DNA of 63,957 nt, filler included, from Perkinsus chesapeaki ATCC PRA-425 (lineage: Eukaryota; Protista; Perkinsozoa): the NCBI GenBank assembly GCA_013115145.1. It is 9 parts of 9 records of this genome, joined end to end, with 100 filler letters (N's around TTAATTAATTAA, not from the genome) between each part and the next. Parts side by side here need not be neighbours in the genome. Positions count along the whole stretch, not along the records: positions 1 to 7,269 come from JAAPAO010001038.1; positions 7,370 to 16,885 come from JAAPAO010000933.1; 7 more parts are not named here. One strand, given 5' to 3'. Both the position numbers and the translations under genes were made by a program. Below are positions 1 to 10,428 of the stretch, piece after piece (positions within the stretch are counted from its first letter, which is position 1; the number at the start of each line of letters is the position of its first letter). The notes beneath the pieces were generated by a model. That model was given only the letters and a program-made list of their open reading frames with translations. It was not told where the DNA came from and did no database searches.

Positions 1-1489
1 TAGACGCACCTACTGCATAGTGGGTTGTTTTCGTACAGTGAGCTCAGCTGATGGTCTTCCCGATAACCTTTGGGGTACGTGTTCTCTTTGGGGCCGCGAG
101 TTATGCTGTCCCCATACACTATGCGTGAAGCATGAGCTGGAGGGCACTTCTTCTCCCGCTTTGGAAGCTGGTGGTTGTCGTTTCAAGATGTCCAAGCAGC
201 GCAGAAATATGGACAGGCTGTTTGAGGAGTCGACGCTGCCCAGCAACGCCAGGCACGGATTGAATCCCAGCCAACGTCACAAGAAAAGGGCCGCTGCTGT
301 CCCAGCCGAGACTTCACAGGAGCCTAGTGCTGGAGATGAATCCAGCGAATGTAATACGGGAATAGGTGAAGTTTCGTCATCCAGCTGCTGATCTAGGGAA
401 TTGACCATTGGGTTACACCAGCTTTTCTTCGATACTTGGTCCGCTCAGGTGCCACTAGTGCACGGGCAGAGGGTACATCAGTTAGTCCACCGCTGAGACA
501 TGAGAGATTCACTGAAGAAGATCCACAGTGGCACACAGCGAGCAGTCAGACGTCTAACGAGCAAGATCAGGGGGGTTGCAACTCGTAGAGGGCAGCTGAT
601 TCGACATGTACTCGAGACCTGATGTACTGTCGTTGCAGGGAATGGACGCTTTTTGGATAACCAAGGGTTCTAACCTACAACTAATGTACCATCCACGTCT
701 CATTTGACTCATCGGCGATTTGGCTCACTTGGCAAATCAAAAGTACGTAGCCCATTTTGTATCCACTATTGTCAGGATCAAAACGATAGTTATTCAGGCT
801 GAATCACTTCCCAACCTGCCTAGCTTGGCTGCCGAGCGACCGAAGCGTCGGAAGCGCCTTGATTATAAGACATTCCGGAAAAACGGTACTCGTTGTTATG
901 TGGATGAACCAGGAACTTAATGAATGAAGGTACGCATCGGGAACCGCTCCCGGGGAACTCCCCGACAGAGCTCTAGGTCGGACGAGTCGAGTAGAATCGA
1001 GCCAGAAAGCTCGAGTTCCCCAGATGGGTTCGCTCGCTCGGGCTCAGCCCGCGGCAGTTCCGCCAAAACTCGGCTCGAACTTCGAGGTTCGAATTGAGAA
1101 GCTCGAGTAATCGACACATATAATTAACACAATCGAACTCTGATCAAGCTCCCTGAGGGAGCCCCCCTCACATTACTTTCATAAACCTGAACCACGTGCA
1201 GTGCACGTCGTGCACACTGAATTAGTCGCCTGTCATCATGGGAGTCTTATCATGAGACTCTCATGTATATCAGCCGCTGATAATCAGCGGCAGACTCGAC
1301 GATGATGGTCACACTCAGATCGACTATCATAACACGTTAACAATCTTAGAGCGACTGCTCTTTAAAGTTTCATTCCGTTCAAGTTGAACGGTACGCTCGT
1401 ACATCGAAGTAGCGTGCCACGTGTGCAACTCGCTAAGGCCATCCGGGCCGGTGGGACTTGCTCGTGCATCCCTGCCTAACTACCGCTAT

Positions 1490-2110
1490 TCCTTGTACTA
1501 TATCCTTGCTCGGAACACCTATTCACAGAATTGTGACTGATTTATTGAAGCATCGGCTCAAAGTATATTATAGTTTGTCAAGAATAATCCACTGGACTTC
1601 GAAGTTCATAGATTTTCCCCACCGCCAATATTTTACCATAAGCGCAAGCCTCTGTTGGCCTAATTACCAATATTCCTTGTACTATAACCTTGCTCAGGAC
1701 ACCAGGTTAGGTATCCAGAACTGTAATTAATACATCGAATCATCGCGTCCAAGCGCGGTACAGACCGTCAGAATGAATACCTAGACTTCTAATTTTGCGT
1801 GCTTGAGGCGCTGCCAATCGTTGCTATTCCTCATAGTATATGCTTGTTTGGAACACCTAACTTGTCTCACAGAATTGTAAGTAATGTACTGAAGCATCGG
1901 TTCAAAGTATGATATAGTTTGTCAAGAATAATGCACTGGACTTCGAAATTCATATATTTTCCGCACCGCCAATCTTTCACCATCGGTGCAAGCCTCTGCT
2001 GGCCTAATGACCGATATTCCTTGTACTATATTCTTGCTCGGAACACCTAACTTATTTTACAGAATTGTGACTAATGCATTGAGGCATCGGTTCAAGGTAT
2101 AATATAGTTT
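1490..2110 (+). repeat. Degenerate tandem repeat/satellite, about 175-190 bp core unit (TATTCCTTGTACTATA...GGAACACCTA...ACAGAATTGTGACT...GAAGCATCGG)
   Basis: Core starts at about 1496, 1823 and 2015, with a variant start at about 1670; copies roughly 80-90% identical by eye. Confidence 0.85.
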
Positions 2111-2412
2111 GACTCGGACTTGCAGATGCATAATAGAAGATCATGACATTTGATGACGCCAGAGAAATAATAAATAGGATACACGAGCACTATAATACAG
2201 TGTATTCTATACACCCACCATTGATTTTTCGTCCCTACCCGTTCCGCATAGTCCGAGGCTCCCGTGGTAGGTGGAGTACGAGGTTTGAATATTTCCGGTA
2301 TATATATCTTCTGATTACTTGCCCACCACTATTGGACTTCGGCTCCCAGTCGTTGGACTTTTTTAGACACTGTTTTCACCGAACTCTGCCTCAGGCATAA
2401 TCGATCAGCTTT

Positions 2413-2460
2413 GTACCGAGCCCCCGAGTCAGAAATACCGAGAGCCCCCGAGTCAGAAAT
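2413..2460 (+). repeat. Short tandem duplication (about 23 bp x2)
   Basis: TACCGAG(AG)CCCCCGAGTCAGAAA occurs twice, followed by a degenerate third TCTGAAATACCGAG. Confidence 0.8.
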
Positions 2461-3058
2461 GGTATCTGAGACCCTGTATATCTCTGAAATACCGAGTAGT
2501 ATGGCAAGGCTCCGTCGAGGCTCGGGGAATACGCGGGAAAAATGCAAATTTGACCGAACCCGGCCGAAAATCGAGTCGAGCTTCGAGGCTCGGCCGAGCC
2601 GAGCCTAACTCCGAATTCTGCTTCACTTGGTGAAATCCACTATTAGATTAGAAACGGGCAACCCTAATTGACCGACATTCTGCATGATGAGCCGTCTTTT
2701 GGCTAGGCTATCTACCACTATGGATTTCCCGTACCTGTACTACAGGTCCTGTAGCCAGTGCTTGTGTTGGAGAGTCATCTTCCATGAAGTTTGCACCAGT
2801 GATGCAGCTGCTGCATTGCAGCATCACAAAGAGCCACTTCGAACCGAGAAGTCTTCAGTGAGAGCGTGTGTGAAAGGCTGCGACATAGGCCATGTCACAT
2901 GGCCAATCCGAGAATGCTTGGAATCTTGTGTTTCATCGTTTCTTCCGTACGATGAAACCTTCCTTCCTGGGCATAGATTTCGATCCATATACAGAGAAAG
3001 CCGTCGTCGACATACATATAGGAGCCGAACGGCTTTGATATGGACACCGAAAAGGTGG

Positions 3059-3292
3059 TTCGAAGTTCGTAGATTTTCCGCACCGCCAATATTTCACCAT
3101 AAGCGCAAGCCTCTGTTGGCTTCATTGCCAATATTCCTCGTACTATAACCTTGCTCAGGACACCAGGTTAAGTATCCAGAACTGTAATTAATACATCGAA
3201 TCATCGCGTCCAAGCGCGGTACAGACCGTCAGAATGAATACCTAGACTTCTAATTTTCCATGCTTGAGGCGCTGCCAATTGTTGCCTATTCC
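3059..3292 (+). repeat. Near-identical direct copy of 1598-1831
   Basis: TTCGAAGTTC.TAGATTTTCC.CACCGCC...GAGGCGCTGCCAAT is shared, including the CAGAACTGTAATTAATACATCGAATC segment. Confidence 0.9.
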
Positions 3293-4669
3293 TTCTAACT
3301 TATAACTAATCGAGACTGCTTTTGATCATAAGATCTGATGATTCTGGTGAAGATCACTATGTGAGCAATACGTGAACAATTCTTTCAATGCAACAAGGGC
3401 AGAAAGTAGTTATGAAAAACACCTCTTCCTGCTGTACTTGTTACAGTACAGATCCTACCAGTACCATTAACAAGATATCCATTTGTCATTATCGTTACTA
3501 CAATCTTCACCACTATGATTAAGAGAATTATACAGTAAATAATGAAATATTGAATAGGCTATATTGAACTCATGCCAAGCACATCTACGGTGTACACTTA
3601 AATATCTTATTTTTTCGTGGTACTTTCGAGCTTGACAGATGTGCAACATATTACTTCAGTCTGGCAGTTTGTTGGCAGCAAAGCAAACAAGCATTCTTTC
3701 TATCACAGTACAGAAATTGTGTAACACGATTACTCAACAAATGAACAAAGATTATCACCTTAAAGTCGCTATATTATCCATAAAGAGATCAATCATAATA
3801 ATACCACAGCAACCGTTTCTCAAGTAAGCTGAACTAACCAGAGGTTCCGGAAGCATCTAGTTATAAATGGTTTGTCTCGTACAGTACGTAGTAGCGAGTA
3901 AAACTTCTGCTAATGTGACTCAAGGTTTACATTCTTCAAGAACAATTTTAGTAACTCATACACGATATTGATCTTATTGGTATACTAATTAATTATTTTT
4001 AACATCTACTTAAAAACATCTACTACTATACTACATGTACATATGCATCGTCAACGTCTGGAAGACTATCCGGCTCGGTCGATTCGACCGACTGCTTGCC
4101 ATGAATTAATGTGCCTACAACTTTTATAATACTCTGTCTTATCTATATGTCTATATGCAGTCTGATTGCATAGGTGAATTTCATCTAACACACTGCGTAA
4201 CTGTTGTGAACAACTACAGGTAGATTATATCCTATGCATCTCAATAAGACAGTCCTTTTAATGACACTGTTTTATTCTATGACAAGCTTTTAAATATACA
4301 TTGTTACAAACTACTACGAATATATATTTAAATGTGTTTTCTGGATACAAGCTAAGTTCTTAATTAGTATAGAATAGCATGTGTCATATCGCCATAACTA
4401 TCCCCATACGGCTATATGAATTACGGGTCGATCTCTGTCTGTCTTCCTCTTCCTCGTTCTCGTAATTGCTTTCATTATTTTCTATATCTTCGTCTGCTTC
4501 TGCATCTTCGTGAACCACCGTTGAACGACCTAAGAAAACGATATTTAGTTATATAAAGTTATTGTGATGTCTTAAACTTGAAAAAAGTTAATCATAACTG
4601 CTACTAGTACTATTACAAAAGCCATTATCTTGTATATTAGAACAGAAGCCTTTCATTACCAATCCCCTA

Positions 4670-5670
4670 CTACTTACCTATTACTTGGCCCTGTACAGGC
4701 GGCAAATTCTTGGGTTGATACCGTAGAGCTTGTGCAACTTCATAATCTTCAGTACTTGTGTATGTTGGGACGAGCTCAATAATATGAAAATTTTTAGCTT
4801 GTGCCACACTGAAATCCTCCCCTTCTATAGACGATTTGACCCAGCCCGATACACTCCACTGACGAATCTTTTGTAACACTGCCGAGCAACACTGCTTAAT
4901 TTCTTGCACGTCGAACGATTGCCAAGCAGTGGCTCGTATGGCCGAGTCCTGTAGGAAATACGAGCTAAAAGTGAGACCCGTCACCACAGAACCATTGAGA
5001 TATAATTCGACTTCATCTCCTCGTTCTCCCCCAATGATATCCATGTCGCACTCAAGAGCATAGCCAGGCATTGACGGCTTGCTAACACAGCCGCAAACTG
5101 CCGTTCCTGCGGTGGTAGGTAATCTGTTACATAAAGTTCCTCCACATGTTGTCACCAGTCTGAAGCTTCATAATTTCAATTCGATTTTTTTAGATGGAAT
5201 GTACTATATGCTGTGCTATTATAAAGTAGAGGTAGAGAAGGTAGAGGCGAAGAAGCTTCATATTTCATCATTTGTTGCCGTACCCGGATAACCGGTGTCG
5301 CTTTGTTCTCATCTAAATATTGCTGTATGAACCGAGGTTCAATCAAGATTATAAGGTCACCCACTCTAAAGTTCACATCATTCAGCATCTGCTTCGTGAT
5401 ATCAGATGTCCTTAAGAATACAACACAGCATGCCGTTGAAGTAACATCACCAAGCAGGATCATCCTATCATATTCAACAGGACTCAGAGAAGGACGTCCA
5501 AGTCCACGTTTATAGGTATATAATGACATCCGTGTATTTTTATCAGCTCTGCGGATGTTTAAAAGCCGTAATGGTAGTTTAGATTGGTCACAGTCAACAC
5601 CTTGTAAAGTCTCGTTCAACGTGATGGTCTTATATGACTGAATCGTACTTAATGACAAAGACATACTCAA
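4670..5670 (-). pseudogene. Intronless orphan protein (about 330 aa, possibly OB-fold-like, Cys cluster TCGGTLC...CGC) broken by a frameshift and a stop
   Basis: ORFs 5670-5176 and 5155-4670 join if the 7-A run (5185-5191) had 8 A; one in-frame TGA (5170-5168) remains. Fold is a guess from the beta-rich pattern. Confidence 0.55.
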
Positions 5671-6055
5671 GAAATTACTGCCCTATACAGTATCACGAGC
5701 GATCCTCTCTTTTCGATCCCTCCAGCATTTACGTATTTATATTACGTGTACCATTTGTACGCATGCGTCTGCTTTCACAGAGCCATCGCCTTGTTAATCG
5801 ATTTCATGTTCTTCATTACTGCCAGCATGCTTCACCTGCACAGTTACGACCTGTAGACTGTGCAGTGCAGACGATTTTTTGTTGATCCATATTCAATATT
5901 CCATATTCCATATTCTTCACAAATTGCCCTTTTAGTCAATCCTCTAGTCTTGTGAATCGTGGGACCTACTTTTTTTACCTCGTTTTATTTGATTTACTAT
6001 ATATGTCGTTTCTCCGTGTGACTTTCTATATAACTTTGTCGACTCCATCCTAGTA

Positions 6056-7085
6056 ATGAACGTGGCACTAGGTATGATGATAACTCATTGTATGAGGGTT
6101 ATGTTCGCGTGTGGGCTACAATCGTATCTAGACGATTTCTATGCACTGGAGCCCAGGAGCGTCGTCCAGAGCTCATTCGACGCGTTCGGAGTGCTTAACC
6201 GGCTGCTCGGTGTGGAGATAAAAGAAGAGAAGGACGTAATCCTAGCCTGTCGGGCGAAGGTCCTCGGTATCGTCATAGACGTGGGAGAGGAGACGGAGGT
6301 ACGGTTCGAGTTAGATGAGCAGAATCGAGCTCAACGTCAACCTAATGGCGACGGTCAGACACGCGTTGATGGAAGGGTTCCCCGAAGGTGCCGCAGGGAG
6401 GAAGCTAGCGGGAAGGTTGAGCCTTGCATGTAGCACCTTCAGTGGCCGATGCGGGAGGGCGTACGTGCGCACGCTCATACGCGAGGGGTTTCGCCGTGGA
6501 CTACCCTCAAAGTCGCAAAGGAAGGAGGTCGAAGGAGCAATGCGGGGAATCTTCCGACTGTTGGGAAGCGGAAGTGGTGGCCACAGAGGGAGAGTTGTGC
6601 GGTTTTCGAGCGAACCGCAAGAGGAGGAACCGGAACACGTCGTGGTGTACGCGGATGCGACGGGCGACGGAGTCATCGGGGGCGTGGCAACAGCCGCCGA
6701 TGGAAAGGAGGTCTGGTATACAGAGTCCGTAGTTCCAGAGTGGTACAAAATCGGACTGGAGAGCCGGAGGCAGCAGGTGGTAGCCTATGAGCTGTATGCC
6801 GTAGCTGAAGCCGTCGCCACGTTTTGTACTGACAGGCGGCGGGACTACGTAGTCTTCACTGATGCGGAAGCAGTGAGGTTAATGCTCAAAAGAGGGTCCA
6901 GCGGAGCCTCGGACGTCAATGATGTAGCTGGACGTATATGGGAACACCTCGCGGAGGAACGAATCAGTGTGTACTTCCAGCGAGTGAGCAGCGGCGCCAA
7001 CCCGGCGGACGCTCCGTCCAGGCGCGAGAAAGTCCCAGATACGTGGCAGAAGATACAAGCGGTAATGCCCACCTATCTAGTGTAG
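6056..7085 (+). mobile_element. DIRS/Ngaro-type retroelement fragment: C-terminal RT plus thumb and RNase H, 5'-truncated, one frameshift
   Basis: SYLDDF and KVLGIVID, then (frame change near 6310-6320) RKLAGRL, VYADAT, YELYAV, VFTDAEAV, SGANPADAPSR. Confidence 0.85.
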
Positions 7086-7269
7086 CACAGTAAGACGAGC
7101 CATCGCAACGGTTAACACCGTGTGACAGTAATGCCGGGCAACATGAGCAGGCAGGAAAAGAGGGTTGAGTTGGTAGTTAGTCAATGAGGCGCCACGAAAG
7201 GGCTGGAGAACGAAGCCGAAGGACACCCGAGGCAGGGGCTCGGCAGGTGAGCTAAGGCAGAATGAGAAG

Positions 7270-7369
7270 NNNNNNNNNNNNNNNNNNNNNNNNNNNNNNN
7301 NNNNNNNNNNNNNTTAATTAATTAANNNNNNNNNNNNNNNNNNNNNNNNNNNNNNNNNNNNNNNNNNNN
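7270..7369. other. Artificial contig linker (N-run + TTAATTAATTAA + N-run)
   Basis: 100-nt block with a six-frame-stop palindrome in the middle; identical at all eight gaps. Confidence 0.98.
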
Positions 7370-7525
7370 GTGTACGGGTTAAAAGTGGGGGTGTGTACGA
7401 AGTGAAAGTGTACGAGCTTTCGGTGTACGAGTTGAAAGTGTATTGGTTTTCGGTGTACGGGTCGTAAATGTACGAGTATTCGAGACATGAGTGGAAGGTG
7501 TACGAGTATTCGGTGTATGGGACAT
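7370..7525 (+). repeat. Degenerate about 17-nt tandem repeat with a GTGTACG(A/G) core
   Basis: About 8 GTGTAC/TGTACG cores at roughly 17-nt spacing at the contig start. Confidence 0.7.
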
Positions 7526-7645
7526 GAACACCCCTCTCAGTCTAACCCGAGGAATTCTGGGAAGTTCTCTCGGCCCAATCCGAGTCCTTCTAAGCCCTCT
7601 TCTCAGCCTGTTACTAGTGCTGTGGCCACTCCTAAGGTGAACTAA
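7502..7645 (+). CDS. Possible S/P-rich C-terminal tail of the YR element's gag-like ORF
   Basis: Open frame ...CMGHEHPSQSNPRNSGKFSRPNPSPSKPSSQPVTSAVATPKVN* ending just before the first T-rich spacer; identity inferred from position only. Confidence 0.3.
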   Translation, partial: TSIRCMGHEHPSQSNPRNSGKFSRPNPSPSKPSSQPVTSAVATPKVN

Positions 7646-7798
7646 AATATACGTGTAGTTAGTTTTGCATTTTTTTATTCTAGATTGAATAGTTTCTAAT
7701 TTAAAGGTTTTGTTAAATGTTTGTGAGTTATAGTAAGTATTTCTTAAGTTTTTTTTTCTGAATTTTTTTTCTTAGTTTTCTTATTTTTGTTTATCGCA

Positions 7799-9256
7799 AT
7801 GCCCCATAAATGTTCGTCTTCGAGTATAAAAGCTCGAAGGGAAGACTATCGTTTGAGGCGTTCAATTGCTAAGGCTACAAGATTTGCTGTCGTCGGGGCT
7901 AGTGCTGTTCTGAGTTCAGCTTTACCTGATTGTGATTCCAGAATCAGTGTTTCTTCTCAAGAAACGTTGTGCCCTTTCATGAAGTCCTATCAAGAAAATG
8001 TTGATGACTTGGTTCAGTCAGCCCAGAATTTACCACCGGTGTTAACTTTTTTTACGGATGGTTCTGGTTTACCAGACAAATGTCCTTTATCTTTGGATGG
8101 TTGTGGTTCCAGATTGCATCATTATTCCAACCCTATTACTGAGATCTTTGCATCAACTATATCGTCGTTTGGTATTGACGAGGTTTTCCAAACTATTTCT
8201 GATAATGGTGGGAGTGTGATGGATCCTGATAGTCTTCATGATATATTATCACGAGCGGCTGATACGTGTCGAAAGGTATTAGGTGATTATTTCCATATAT
8301 CTCCTACTAAAGCAGCTTGTGGGGCTGATTATTATGATACCTTATTTGTGAAATTACTGGAGAAGTCGAATGATCCGGATTCTTCTCTTCAGTCTTCAGT
8401 GTTAGATTCCGGTGGTTTGCCAGCTGGAATAGTTAATGATATTCCAAAGTCTAATATTTTGCCTGTATATACTCCTAAGTTAAATAAGATTCGTCAACAT
8501 GAACCAGAGCAAATTGTTGAAGCATTTGATTCGCATTATCGTAGTGTGGATGATGCTGGTCTTATATTATGGGAAATAGTACAACGGGATATTCGGCTGG
8601 GTCATATGCGTGATGTTACAAATGATATGGATCGTTGTACTTTTGTCAAATGTGCTATAATTGCTAAGGGTTTGGTGCCTGATGATGTTAGTTTGGCAGA
8701 TCCTTCAGTTTCGATTCGTGTGGTGGAGCAAAATGGGGTTAACCGGAAATGTGTTGATGATAATTTGTTGCATGAAACACCGTTGTTACCACGTTTGGAT
8801 GATTACAAGCGTGCTATTCTGGAGGCGAGGAAGGCTGAGCTGAAATATGGAGAGAAATGGGGCATGTTTTGTCTTGATTATTCTGGTGCGTTTAGAAATT
8901 TACCAGTTGCATTGTCGGAGAGGTCATATTTATCTATTCTATGTGGATGCCCTGATGGGAAGTTGATGGCAGCGTCTCATTCTCGATTTCCTTTCGGTCT
9001 TCGAAGTAGCCCCCTTTGGTGGGGAAGATATGCTGCAAGTCATTTACGGATTTTCCGTTGGCTTACTCGTGCATATCGTAGTATTCCAATGGTATATGTA
9101 GATGATCTTGTAATATTTGCTCCTAGAAACACTTTGTGTTTCTTAGGAGCTCTTTACACGCTAATGTTAGTTGTCCTCGGTTTCCCACTGAGTTATCCTA
9201 AACTAACGATTGGTAAAGAATCCAATAAGATCGTGGGATTTACAATGAAACTGTGA
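7799..9256 (+). CDS. Reverse transcriptase (fingers/palm) with a long N-terminal extension; ends right after the primer-grip G
   Basis: LDYSGAFRNL, RFPFGLRSSP, YVDD, YPKL..., KIVGFTMKL*; first ATG at 7799. Confidence 0.92.
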   Translation: MPHKCSSSSIKARREDYRLRRSIAKATRFAVVGASAVLSSALPDCDSRISVSSQETLCPFMKSYQENVDDLVQSAQNLPPVLTFFTDGSGLPDKCPLSLDGCGSRLHHYSNPITEIFASTISSFGIDEVFQTISDNGGSVMDPDSLHDILSRAADTCRKVLGDYFHISPTKAACGADYYDTLFVKLLEKSNDPDSSLQSSVLDSGGLPAGIVNDIPKSNILPVYTPKLNKIRQHEPEQIVEAFDSHYRSVDDAGLILWEIVQRDIRLGHMRDVTNDMDRCTFVKCAIIAKGLVPDDVSLADPSVSIRVVEQNGVNRKCVDDNLLHETPLLPRLDDYKRAILEARKAELKYGEKWGMFCLDYSGAFRNLPVALSERSYLSILCGCPDGKLMAASHSRFPFGLRSSPLWWGRYAASHLRIFRWLTRAYRSIPMVYVDDLVIFAPRNTLCFLGALYTLMLVVLGFPLSYPKLTIGKESNKIVGFTMKL

Positions 9257-9411
9257 ATTATGTTACTTACGAGTGTGTGTATCATAATGATTAGTAATAT
9301 TCTTGTGCAGTTTTCCGATTTTTTCTCTTGTGTTATTGTAAGTTGTAGTCCCTATTTGTGGAGTAGTTAATGCTGCAGTATCTTGTTTTTTCTATCTATT
9401 GTATATACTTC

Positions 9412-10191
9412 ATGGCGTCCATTTCTGTTCCAGTTGAAAAGGCGTCCATTATATGTTCTGATATTGATAGGGTTTTGAATACTGGTGTTATTGCGTTGCC
9501 TACAGCACGCAAATTGCGTGGGAGGCTACTGTGGTATGCGCAGCTTGCTCCGTATTTAAGATCATATACTGGTCCTCTCACAGCGGCTATAGTTTATATG
9601 GAGAGGTCCGGTAGACCATCTACATCTATTGGAAAGACGCTCCGTGCGGATCTGTCGTTGTGGAAAGTTCGTATATCTTCTCTGCAATGCGTAATACTTC
9701 CACAAATTGGATCGACGAAAGCGGTGTGTGCTTCTGATGCCTCGACAGTTGGTATTGGCGGTTGGATTAGTCTACCTTCAACTAATGGTGACCGACTCAC
9801 TCACTATTTTCAGTCCGGTATTGACTCTCTGCCGTATTCTTTAAAGGAGCTAATTTTATCCAATCCTGGTTCACCTCGTGCGGGTGACATAACTGCATTG
9901 GAATTACTTGCAGGCTGCTTGTCTATTTGCTTAGCGATAACCCTTGACTCGTCTCTGGGTTCAGTTATCTTGTTTTCCGACAATGATCCTTCAGTAAAAG
10001 CGTTACGTCGGTGTTATAGTTCAGCCCCAAGGGTGTCTCTCTTACTTCGTCAACTGGCTCTCTTCTTATCAGGTTTACCGATCCCTGTGTCGTATCGTAT
10101 TGAACATATACCTGGGAAGAGTAATTTTGTTGCGGACCAGTTGAGTAGACTAGGTTGTACTTCATTTATACCGCCTAACTGGGAAAAGTAA
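9412..10191 (+). CDS. RT thumb plus DIRS-type RNase H as a separate ORF
   Basis: MASISVPVEK, RKLRGRL, ASDASTVGIGG, ALELLA, LFSDN, HIPGKSNFVADQLSR; an upstream in-frame ATG at 9370 is also possible. Confidence 0.9.
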   Translation: MASISVPVEKASIICSDIDRVLNTGVIALPTARKLRGRLLWYAQLAPYLRSYTGPLTAAIVYMERSGRPSTSIGKTLRADLSLWKVRISSLQCVILPQIGSTKAVCASDASTVGIGGWISLPSTNGDRLTHYFQSGIDSLPYSLKELILSNPGSPRAGDITALELLAGCLSICLAITLDSSLGSVILFSDNDPSVKALRRCYSSAPRVSLLLRQLALFLSGLPIPVSYRIEHIPGKSNFVADQLSRLGCTSFIPPNWEK

Positions 10192-10428
10192 GATATTTCT
10201 GAGGCGTTGTTATTGCTTGATCCTTCTACATAATACTTTGTTGTCTATGACGAGATCGTTTATCGTGTGTTGGCTCTTGCACGAGTTCTATATTCGGCAA
10301 TGTTGTACATAGATTGAATCTATTTCTACTGGATGTCATAATGAACTTGGGTTTGTTGTTTGTAATTGATGATATGTACTACACCATGATCCTGTGTTAT
10401 TGGCAGGTTTCTTTCATTATAGCCATAA

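Noticed and set aside
20-920. ORFs 20-391 and 720-920 as genes or a retroelement tail (RPKRRKRLDY)
   Set aside because: No diagnostic motif beyond a weak resemblance; left uncalled
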